From the NCBI GenBank assembly GCA_036785375.1, contig JAWMAR010000107.1:1302001-1366000 (forward strand): a stretch of DNA of 64,000 nucleotides, read 5' to 3'. The translations under genes were made by a program, and so were the position numbers. Under the pieces are notes generated by a model. It had not been told where the DNA came from and did not search any database. It saw nothing but the letters and a program-made list of their open reading frames with translations. Source of the stretch: Leucoraja ocellata. Lineage: Eukaryota. Positions 14,801 to 26,800 of this stretch are shown here, piece by piece (positions within the stretch are counted from its first letter, which is position 1; every line of letters starts with the position of its first letter).

Positions 14801-17800
14801 TGAAAGGCCAGGAGTTGTGAAAAACAAGAAGATCGATGATTTACGCTGCACATGCAAACAACATCCTGACCTTAACCTCCTGATCTGCGCAAGTTAGAGC
14901 ATTTGCCGTTACGCTGCTGAAGAAAATTGGGACTGAGCATGAACAATCCAAGTATGACCATAATGAGGAAAGTTATTCGCGTCTGTTGATGATCAACTTC
15001 TATGGTCCAGAACGTCAATAGCCTTGTTTGCATATCCAGCGAATTGCAGAGAAGACTTTGAGCTGCAGAAGGAAGAAAAAGACTGTGGGCTGTCTTGCAC
15101 CAGCAAGCTTTGACACAGCACAATTGCAGGCCTGTTCGCACACCATGTCCATGTGTATCCGTGCCACAGCGTTCATTATTCACCTTCTTCCACAGGCATT
15201 CGAGAATACTTTGAAATCCTGGGAAGACAAACTGCGGTATGACTCTTGCAGACCAGCCCTGAGACCCCATCTGTACCCGCAGCAGTCAGTAGACCTGGCC
15301 ACAGAGGAGGAGGTCACCCAGCTGCAGCTCTGTGCCCAGGCAGCCGAGGAGCTAATCACAAGGTACGTCACTCCACGCAGCTTGTCATTCCAGCAAGCAC
15401 GTGGACAAGTTGCCATTGAAGAGTGCTGAGTCTTTAACTTGCAGACGTCCCAAGTGCTTGGGTATCTTGATGATAAGTGCAAGCTTGGTCAGGATATTTG
15501 AAGGTTAAAAATAAGGCATTGAAAGCTGTGGTGTGTAAAACCAAGGAAGACCTAGGGTGGCAAGGATAGTGCTGGCGTGAAATGGTTCATTCTTCACGCC
15601 ACATTTTAGGGTGACTGCAGCAATCTTAACTCCTCAGCCCCAGGTGAAAAGAAGACTTGCATTTATATCATCCTCGGAGACCGGCAGTCAATCACTATTG
15701 GTGTCAGAGTTATACAGCATGGAACCAAGTCTTTCGAGTCAACTCGTCCATGCCAATAAGTTGTCTAGATGAGCTAGTCCCATTTGACTCCACATGGCTC
15801 ATATCCCTTTAAATCATTCCAATTGACGTATCTGTCTGAATATCTTTTATGCATGGTAATTGTATCCACTTCTACAGCTTCCTCTAGCACTGTGTTCCAT
15901 ATACCCAGCACCACCCTTTCTGTGATGAAGCTGTCCTNNNNNNNNNNNNNNNNNNNNNNNNNNNNNNNNNNNNNNNNNNNNNNNNNNNNNNNNNNNNNNN
16001 NNNNNNNNNNNNNNNNNNNNNNNNNNNNNNNNNNNNNNNNNNNNNNNNNNNNNNNNNNNNNNNNNNNNNNNNNNNNNNNNNNNNNNNNNNNNNNNNNNNN
16101 NNNNNNNNNNNNNNNNNNNNNNNNNNNNNNNNNNNNNNNNNNNNNNNNNNNNNNNNNNNNNNNNNNNNNCCTGGTCTTCCAGTTTTAGACTCCACAATCC
16201 TTTGAAAGGGACTCTGACCATTCACCTTATCTATGCCCCTCATGCTTTCTACACCTCGATAAGATCATTCCCTCAGCCTTTTACACACCAGGGGAAACTG
16301 TCCCAGCCTATCCAGCCTCTCCTTGAAACTCAAATCCTCCATTTCTGGTAACATCCTTGTGAATCATTTCTGAACCAACGAGCAACCTGTTTCTCTTCTT
16401 GGAATAACACCATAGGTCCTGAAGACCACCTGGAGTGTTGGTGTCTTATTACTGGAGCAGACTCCTTTCAAGCCAATGTATGCTATTTGATGCCCAGAGT
16501 TGGTGCATTTTCCCTGGAGATATATTCTAGTTATGATGTTCTGGGGCGTTGCATGCAATGGTTGTTTCAACTAAATAAGTAACCAATGTCACAGCTGATC
16601 CCAGTGAGTTGTGTTGATGCAGGGGCTGGTTATTGTACCTTCTTGGAGTACATTTTCTCCTCACTTAGTTATTCCTGCCTGGACCACATATGCCATGCTC
16701 TCGGGTGCTCGAAGGAGACTCATTGGAGTTGCTCAACCCTCCCTCTTCAAAAGAAGAAGATAAATTAATCATTCAACCTCCAGTAAACAGTATCACACTG
16801 CTTATTTATTCTGTCTCCACAACGTCACAATTCAATCTTTCTACTGAAACTCACCCATGATTTTGAAATGAAAGTCTCAATGTTTTAACTGTCTTTTTGA
16901 CTGACCTTCCAACCTGGTCGTTCTGTATATCCAGGGAGCCTCAATGAGCAGAGGCCAATTGTCCATGTATTATGTACTTCAATTCAACCTGGAATTACTT
17001 AAAGAAATACAGTCAATAGATTAGATTGATAATAAAATTACTCAATTATCCCTCCTGTTTTAGAACAGCATTGTTTTCATCTTAATATTCATGCATGTGT
17101 TAAAGGTAAGTTAAAAATGTTTATCAATGAAATGCTCACTGAGGCCTCAGGGGCAGAGTTGTGGTGGGGAGATAGTGGTTCTACCATGGCTTATCATTTC
17201 TATTATTCCATTATTCCACATTGCATTTGTTGCATTCTTGAAGTCTTCTTTCATTTTATAACTTTCAGAATCTGCGAGGCAGCCAAAATCCACAGCCTCC
17301 TGGAGCAAGAACTGGCACATGCTGTCAATGCAAGCTCTCATGCGCTAAATAAAACACATCCAAAGTTCCCAGAGGTAAGCGGCAATCATATTGTTTTGTA
17401 CCCAGTCAATAGTCGGTGTCCAACTGAGCTCACCCACATTAACTTGGTTTGATGTTTTATTTTTTAATATTTTTGAGTCCCCCCCCCCCCCCCCCCCCCC
17501 CCCCTAAAGGATGATGTTTTAGGTCTTTGGAAGACTCTTACTACAGATCCAGAATATCACTCATGGCAGATGTTAGGATCAACCATCTTAGGGTCCGTCA
17601 TCAATGAGTTTCCCTTGCACAGGATCATATTTTGATTTTGTTATTTTGGTTTTAGTTTTAGAGGTACAGCATGGAAACAGTCCCTTCGCCCACCAAGTCC
17701 GCAGTAACCAACGATCACCCATACACTAGTTCTATGTTGCAATTTACAGAAGTCAATTAAGTCAAACTGCACCTTTGGAATGTGGGAGGAAACCAAAGCA

Positions 17801-20800
17801 TCAAGAGAAAACCCACACAGTAACAAGTAGAGTGTTCAAACTTCAGTCAGACAGCACCCGTAATCGGGATCGAACCCAGGAATCCGGCACTGTAAAGCAG
17901 CTATTCTACCACAGAGCCACTCTGTAGTGGTGGCCAGACAATTTTTGATCCCATTGCACCTCACTGACATTGAATCATCCTATTATGAAGGAAGACTGGA
18001 CAGATTAAACCATATGTTGATAAATACATTATTATATTCTAAGTGACTTAATAAGTGACTTAATATGATGGACTGCTCTCCACATAATCTGGATCGGTGC
18101 AGCCCCAATAATACTCAGGCAGTTAAATACCATCTCGGACAAGGCAGCCCACTTGATTGGTACTCCAACCACCACCTGAAACCCACTCTTGTACACATTG
18201 TATTCATGTGGCTGTTTGATTTTAGTTTCCGGTGAAAAATCATCTTCCCTTGCCAATTGGAATTCTTAATGCTCTACCTTGTAAGTGTATGTGGTGTATT
18301 TAGATTTTCAGAATGTGTTCAGTGTTGTCCTCAGGGAGTTTGTGAACAAAGTACATGGAATTTAGGTAAAATGGTAGCATAGATTGAGAATTATTTAACA
18401 GGTAAAAAACAAAGAGTAGGAATAAATAGTTGGTAATTTGTGATTTATGGAATAACCCAGAGATAAATACATGTTATTCACAATCAACACCAACAATTTG
18501 ATTGAACAGATCATATACTGTACAGTATTTTTAAGTTTGCTGGTGACACAAACCAAAGTAAAATTGTGAGTTGTGATTAGAAAGCAGAGGCTTTAAAAGA
18601 AACTGAATGTGAGCAAAAATATGGCAGATGGAGTATAATTTAGAAAAATGTGAGGCTATTCACTTAAATACAAAATAAATACTGAATATTATTTTAAATT
18701 GTGAGAATTGGGAAATTGTGATGTTGAAAAGGACTAGAGATTCTTCTCATATGTCATTGTAAGCTATCTTGCAGGTGCAGGCGGCTATTAAATTGGCAAC
18801 TGTTATTATTATGAAAAATGTTGAATCTCCACGGAGAGAATATAAATAGAGAGAAAAGCCTACACAGCCACTGATTTCTTCCAGTGCAAAGACCATTATT
18901 TTTTGGGATTAATGATCCCGAAGTAGGATTTACAAGCCCTGATGTCGGTAGTAAATTATGTTGACATCAATGAAATTCTAGTCAATCTTTCTGCAGATGA
19001 ATGACAACATATAAAGAGAGGAAATTGATGAGCTGGTGTTTTTCGCTTTTGTTTCTTTGCAGAATCTTACCAGGAACACAGCAATTGAGATTGCTAGTAA
19101 CGTGAAAGCTCTACATAATGAAACAGAATCATTGCTCGTTGGAAGAGTTCCTCTGGTAAGATGGCAGCATATATCACCTGAAAAAAAGAATTATGTATGT
19201 CATGTTAATGAGATTTCAAATGGTTCAGCTTGTGGGCTGTACAATAACAGCGGCTCAGGGCTCTACAATACGGCAGGAAAAATTCCAACAGTTCTGCACC
19301 ACGATTGTGGTGCCCTTTCCACCACTCCCTACCCCAACATCCTGACCTCCACCTTTCAGCTCTCTCTTGCAAGCATTTTTGTCATAGAATTAAACCACAC
19401 AGTACCAGACCCTTCAGCTCAACTCTTCCAAGACTTCTCCTTGACCCATTCCCATTTGCCATTCCCATTTGGCCCACATCCCTATAAACGTTTACTATTT
19501 ATGTACCTGTCCAAGTGTCTTTTAAACATTGTAATTGTACCCACCTCTACAGCTTTCTCAGGCATCTCATTCCACCACCACACTCTGGGAAAAGTTGCTT
19601 CACAAGTCGTCTTTGAATCTTTTCCCTCTCACTTATGTATGCATAGAGGCTCAGTACTCTTAAAAGAAGGAAAAGTCATCTCCTCCATGGCCAGTGTGAG
19701 GACCACCGTAAATTGGAGGAGCAGCACCTCATATTTCACTTGGGCAGTTTGCACCCCAGCGGTATGAACATTGACTTCTCCAATTTCAGGTAGTCCTTAC
19801 TTTCTCCTCCCCTTCTCAGCTCTCCCTCAGCCCTCTGGCTCCACCTCTTCCTTTCTTCCTCCCACCCCCCACCCCCCCCCCCCCCACTCTCCACCCACTC
19901 ATCAATCTGAAGAAGGGTTTCGACCTGAAACGTTGCCTATTTCCTTCGCTCCATAGATGTTGCCTCACCCGCTGAGTTCGTCCAGCATTTTTGTCTACCT
20001 TCGATTTACCAGCATCTGCAGTTCCTTCTTAAACGAAAAGTCATCTAACATGCCTTTCAGTTCCTTCCCCATCTTTTTGACAAACGTCTGTAGTTGCCAA
20101 CCCAAACGGCTGACATCGGATTCATGTGTCAAAGAAACAACATAACTGTGCACATTTCTTTGAACCAGAGCAGATCATTAAATAAGAAATGCAAGGCAGT
20201 CTAAACATAGATACTTTAATTGCTGCCTGCATTTGCAGTCCAATTGTCCATACCTTAGGGTCCACATGCATTCAGAAAGACAAAAAAAACTTTAGTAAGC
20301 ATTTGGGAAAGTTTATTGAGAAAAGTCCATTTTGACAACCAAAGGTAAAAGTCACTGCAGATATAAGGAATACGCCATCATGTTCTATAAGGTTATGGTG
20401 TTGGACACACTGAAACGGCACACCTAGTCAAGCCACTGCCTCACAGAGCCAGGCACCCGGATTCAATCCTGTCCTCGGGTGCTGTCCATGCAAAGTTTGG
20501 TGCTGGAAGTCCTGAGGCAATTGGAACTTTATGGCCAGGAATAAAAGAAATGGCAACCATTTAACAACCCCTCAACCTGTGAGAGGAAGGAAAACAATTT
20601 GTAGCGGCGGTTTTTACAACTTCTCAAATTCAATTTCGATAGCCACTAATTTGTCGGGTATGATTAGAAAAGTAGTCTCACGCACTCCACGACACATTTG
20701 AAACAGCAAAGATGAATCTACCAGAAGTAGTCTCGTGATTAATAGCTTCTTTATTGTAGTAATACAAAACAATGAGATAACTCATAACTTTCTGTTCTTA

Positions 20801-23800
20801 ATCGTCCTTCCATTCATGTCATATAAATCATAAATACTTCTTCTTGTAGAAGTACATCATCTGACAACATATATATGTCCCGACCATGCTCATGGTTATG
20901 GTAGAAAACTGTTTCAATCCATGCCCGACATCAAACTGAAACTAATCATTTGAGTGTCTGCGCCAGAATCCTCTAACCAAAAACATGCCCCAGACTACGT
21001 ATTAAATCCCGCCCACATTAACACAGGCAGATAATAATTAAAGGTAACTAGACATGACTATAATAAACTTACTTAAGCTTAATGGCTCCAACACAATTAA
21101 TTTGACCAAAGAGACATGAACAGTGCAAAAGAGGGAGCAAACATATTGGGCTTTGTGGGTGGAGCTCAACATGGCATGGTGGGAAGAAGCAGTGCTGGTG
21201 AGCAACTGGAAGTGGGAGTGGAGCCCACACCACAATGGAACTGGGAGATAGAGACGAGGGTGGGTCTGTTTTGGGTGAAGTTGCAAATGGCTAGAAAAGT
21301 TATGATAAACCAGAGGCCTCTTCATCCTTCAGCTACATGTATTCCAAACCTCAGGCATAAATTTGTGACCATCCTATTTTTTCCAGGCATTCTATGATAC
21401 CTTGCATACATGATGCATTATTGTTGAGCCTTCCATAATTAATTAATTAATTAAAGACATTGTGCGCATTTAACTAGTGGCTGTATTTTCCGTCATGATT
21501 TCAGGTACTAACTGCCTTTTCACTTTGCACTTCTAACAGCAACTCGACTCGCCTCAGGAAGAGCAGTTGTCTACAGCGTTGAATCTTGTGGACATTGAAC
21601 TGCAAAAACTTGCAGAAATTCCATGGCTTTACCATGTGCTGCAGCCAACAGCTGAAGAGGTATAAAGAGGCACTGTTACTGTTTGCAATGGTTCCTGAAT
21701 CCGGTAATGTTTTTATATCACATGAGGCGACACGTTGAAGGGATAGGCAGATATTAGGGATCCCATTTTAGTAAAAGGGTGTTCAGGTGAAGAAAGCAAG
21801 AGCAGCAGCCCCTCGTGTGACTTTTGGTATCGCAAGTGAAAGTATTTAGTGGCAATTGCTGCCTCCAGTTCATCAAAGCATTATCTGTACCCACTCGTAG
21901 CAAGCAACCTTGACAAAAGAACAATCTGAGGGTTACAAGTTCCTGAGTCCAATTACTTGTTGCATCATTTGTTCCTTAGCTGGCATGAATTATAATCCTG
22001 TGTAAGAAGACAGTGGACTCAAATCCAAAGATTAAATCCAGAATGATGTTTCATAGTAATGCTCGGGAAGTGCTGCTCTGTCAGGTTCCAAATTTTGAAT
22101 GAGGTGTTACATTGAAACAGAAAATCCTGGAAAGACTCGGTCTCAGAATTAGACAGTACCCATGGAAAGAGAAACAGTTGATGTTTCAAGTCTAGGGCCA
22201 TCATCAGAACTGGGGAAAAGAGGAAATAAATTAGATTAGGTATTAGAGAAGCGGGGAAGACAACGAGTGAATAAAGGAATTTCTCTGATAAGGTGAAATA
22301 ATGTGAGTAATGTGATAAGATAGAGCATCTATGTGTAATATGTGGCTAATGTATAATCTGTGTGATTATACAATATTAGCAGAAATTAATCCCTCAAAAA
22401 TCAGGCTTCTATACTTAGCCAATTCCAGATACTTGATGAGCTTCCTAGTTATTACAGTGCCCTGCTAGTGTTTCAACATTAGCATCAAATGCACCTCGGC
22501 CAGGCACATGCTCCATTAGCCAAAACTCCTTGAACCCAAATCTCTCCAATCCCAAGGCACTCTTCGTTGATCCAAAAACTTAATTCAAAGCAGAGAGGAG
22601 GAGAAGGGTCGCACCCTGAAACGTTATCCGTTCTTTTCCCTTCATAGATTTTCCCTGCCCTGCTGAGTTCCTCAAGCAGTTTGATTCTTGCTCCATTCAA
22701 AGCAGTAAGGAGAGACTTAGAAGAAGGCTGTCTTTTGAGAGAATGCATGAGAAATGAAATGAGGAACATTGTTTTACAGTAAAAAGTGTATCAATCTGAG
22801 ATATTATTTTAAACAAGTTGAGCAAAGCTAACAACTCAGTGCTAATTAATCTTTGCTGCCTCTTCCATCCTCCACCTGAATTGATCGACATCCCATGGGT
22901 CAGTTTCAAATAGCCCAGATGATGCAGATTTGCATCTGGAAGCAAGGTTTGGAGATAGGCTGTTGCTGCTCTAGGAATTGTCTGGGCCACATGCCCTGGG
23001 AGATTGTTGGCACAGTAAATACTTTCTGAAATTCAATCTCTTCACACTGCATTCAAGGGAAAAAAGAACCCTTTTTGGCGCAGTAGATGGTACCCAGCCT
23101 GTGCATGTTCCTCAGTCAGAGAGGTACCATGTGCAAGGTATAAGGCCCTTTCAATGGGCAAACTTCCAAATGGTGACTTATCCAGGAGTCTCTACAAGGA
23201 AAATGGTCCAGTGGGGACAGTTGCTTCAACCCCCTAACACTATGGAAGGGCTTTTCCATGTCTATTTGCTATGGACTTTGCCAGGTTTCATTGTTCGTCT
23301 CCACTCTCAGAATCCCAGGGCAGTACAAAGGAGCAAGAGATTAGATGTAGTATCCATTTTACACTCTGCTTTTCCCTTGGGATGAGGCACATCACAGTGG
23401 AAAATTGATCTTGTTTTTTTCCAAGTCAGTCTTTGACTGTGAAGTCTACATGGCAGTAGTAAAATTAATGTGCGTTCTACCCTATTGTTAGAAGAACTTG
23501 ATTAGGGAGAGAGCCACGGTTATACAGAACAGAAACAGACTTTTCAGCCCACTGAGTCTTTACTGTCCATCAATCCTTCATTTTGCAGTAACCTTATATT
23601 AATCCCATAATTTCCATTCCCCCCTCTTCAATTCTCCCCAGATTCTACCACCTTCCTGCACACTAGTGATAATTTACAGCAGCCAATTAATCAATCAACT
23701 CACACTCTTTGGGATGTGAGAATAAATCTAAACACATTCACAGCAAGAACATGCAAACTTCACACGGCCAATGACGGAAGTCAGGATTAAACCCATGTCT

Positions 23801-26800
23801 CTGGTGCTGTGAGACAACGGCTCTACTAACAATGCCACTGTCCTGTCCTGGTTGATTAGAAGTAAACGTGGGAATTCTGCATTCATCAGCGCTGCACTAT
23901 GAAGCTTTTTTTTAGTCATGTTAAATTGGAGGGAGCAAAGGCTGCTCATGACATGATTAGTCTATGCCAACATAAATAGGTCAACTCCTGAGTTCAATGA
24001 CTTCCATCCACTATGGGAATGGTAGATTTGATTCGGGAAAATATTGTATTGCTGGTAAGAGAGAATATTAAAGGACAGATTAAAGGGCCTGTCCCACTGC
24101 GGGGACCTAATTTACGAGTGTAGATGAGTTTAGGAGAGTATGAAAAAGTGTCATGTTGAAGATCTCCTTCGACTATGTAGAAGACCTCTTTTGATCTCCT
24201 TCGACCTCTTTCGACCATGTTGAAGACTAGCTTCGACTAGCATCGGGAAAATTGGACACCGAATAGTGGAGAGTGAAGACGACCTCCTTCGACTACCTTG
24301 TTGAAGACTATCTACGACTACCTTTGACTACCCTTGATTGCCTTTGATTGCCTTTGATTACCTACGAATAACATGCCAACCTACTACGACCTACTTCGAC
24401 TAAACCTACGAGTAAAAAAAATATTGATTTTTTTTCCATGGCAACCTTTTTTCACTCGCGAGCATTTTTCAGCATGCTGAAAAAAACGGCGCGACCTAAG
24501 TGAGGCCTCGAGTACGCATGGACTACTCTCGAGCATGAAGGAGAGTTACAAAGACCTCCTAGGACCTCGTGTCAACCATGCTGCGAGTATGAGTTGAGGG
24601 CAAACTCTTCTAAACTCGCCAATTAGGTTGCCGCATTGGGACAGGCCCTTATCTGTGTAGAATTAGGAAACAGTGGAGTTGCAATTTATACAACTTGATC
24701 TATTATTTGGCTACTGTCTGGAGAGAAGGTTATTGAAATGCAAATTTGCAGGGAAATTGCAGAGACGCGGAGAAATCATAAAGTAGTGACCGTAGGATAG
24801 CTGAAGGAAGACTGGGATAGTAACAACAAATAAGCAGCAAAGGCGAGGAGTTCTTGAAGTATGTTCAGGAGAACCTTCTTGCCTGATTTCTGACCCAACA
24901 AGAAACGGCACAGATGCAAAATGCTGGAGTAACTCAGCAGTACAGGCAGCATCTCTGGAGCGAAGGAATGGGTAATGTTGCGGATCAAAATCCTCCGCTG
25001 GATTTAGTTCGGAGAATTAAATCCAGTCGGTCTTTATCAACTTTTATAAAACACTGCCTCCTTCTGTAATGTCTGAAGAAGAGTCCCAACCCAAAACATC
25101 ACCCGAGCATTCCCTCAAAAGATGCTGCCTGACGTGCTGAGTTCCTCTAGCGGTTTGTTTTCACTCAAGATTCCAGCATCACCAGTTTCTTATGGCTCCT
25201 TTTGTAATATAACCATTTTGTGATCTATTGGCAACAATGAAAACAGTTTGGAGACAAAATAAACTACAGATGCTGGAATCCCTGAAGGGATCTGATCCAA
25301 AAGTTCATCTGTCCATTCCCTCCACAGACGCTGCCTAACCCGCGGAGTTACTCCAGCACATAGTGTTTTGAATTAAAACAAGTCATCGGAGAAATGCTCT
25401 GCCATCTAGTGTTGACAAGCCAGAATGTAAAGACTTCACGCGTCATGAAGCATTCAAATTATAAGAAATCTAGCTTGTGATTTAAATTTTAACAGGACCA
25501 TTCATTGGAATTTGCCAAAAGAAACAGTCGAAGTGCTATGTTCCGAATTGTGCCAAAGTTTAAGAAAGAAAAAACCCAAAGGCATAAGGCGGCCCCTCAA
25601 CCAGGTAAGGCATTGCATATCTTGTCTATTGATTATGTTTGTCACTTTAACAGTAGAAAGTGTTTTCTAATCACAGGCTCTATTGTCATTGGAACTTTTA
25701 TTGGTCATCAAAATGTATGGGTATTTCAGGGTTGAAATTGAAAAATGTACAACAGTGGTGACTCAGTGGTCAGCTTTCCCAGCAGACAGTGTGACCAGCC
25801 TCCTGAACCCAGCATAATAGACAATGTGCCCCACATGATTTTACACCACACTGGAAAACCTGATGAGGGATATGGCCATTGAGTCCAAACAGTAGCATTG
25901 CAATAACCAGCATGTGATCCTTAGATCATGAGGCGAATACAACAGGAAGATGTTTCAAACTTTATCTTCTATAAAACCTGAATGTGAAATCTAACTGCCA
26001 AGAGAACTTCTGGTTACCTTGCCTTGTGTATGGCATAGTTACTGATATTGCAGTTATGCCCATTTCAATGAAAACCATAAACTGGGAGTCTAAAAGAAAA
26101 ACAGAGAATGCTGGAAATACTTGACGGGTCAATCTGCATCCGTGGGTTGCAGGGAGGACAGCTTAACAAGCTTCTTTTGTCTCCTTCCCAATTCTAATAA
26201 AGGTCATCAAACTGAAATATTAATTTTGTCTTCCCACTGCTGCAGCCTGACTTGCTGATTATTTCCAGCATTTTCTGTTTTTCTTTTAGATTTTAAACCA
26301 TCTGCAGTTTTTTATTTTCACTTTTTAATATAGATTTCCATAAGTTGGTAAACTTAATTAAGTCTGTAATTACCTCATTTGGGGTCATTCCAATTGGACT
26401 ATGATAGTTTTGCAACTTAAATCAACATTGTAAAACAAAAAAAATTATGAAGGATTTTCCTGGCAAAACACTTTGGGCTAGAAATTTCTGTCATAGCGTG
26501 CAAAATATTCCTGTACTAAACATTTAAATCTCTGTACTACCACATATGTGGTGCTTTCATCAGATAAAGCACAGCAATCAAAAAACCACTACCATTTCTG
26601 TGCATGTGATATGCAAATGTACACAATTTGTGAAATGTGCATCGTTTAGGCCAGGGGTCAGCAACCTACGGCCAAATGCGGCCCGTGACCCAAAATCATC
26701 CGGCCCGCAGGCGGATTTTTTTCCCCGTAATCATCCGGCCCGCCGAGCGCCCGCCCCGAGCTCGCGGCTGAGCTCTGGCTGTACCACATCCTGCACAAAG

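Noticed and set aside
15938-16169. N run as a possible hidden feature
   Set aside because: Both flanks are colinear parts of one CR1 copy, and DGKH exon phases are consistent without an extra exon.
19036-19767. 243-aa ORF
   Set aside because: It is the 93-nt DGKH exon reading through a good donor into intron, antisense CR1 and Penelope sequence.
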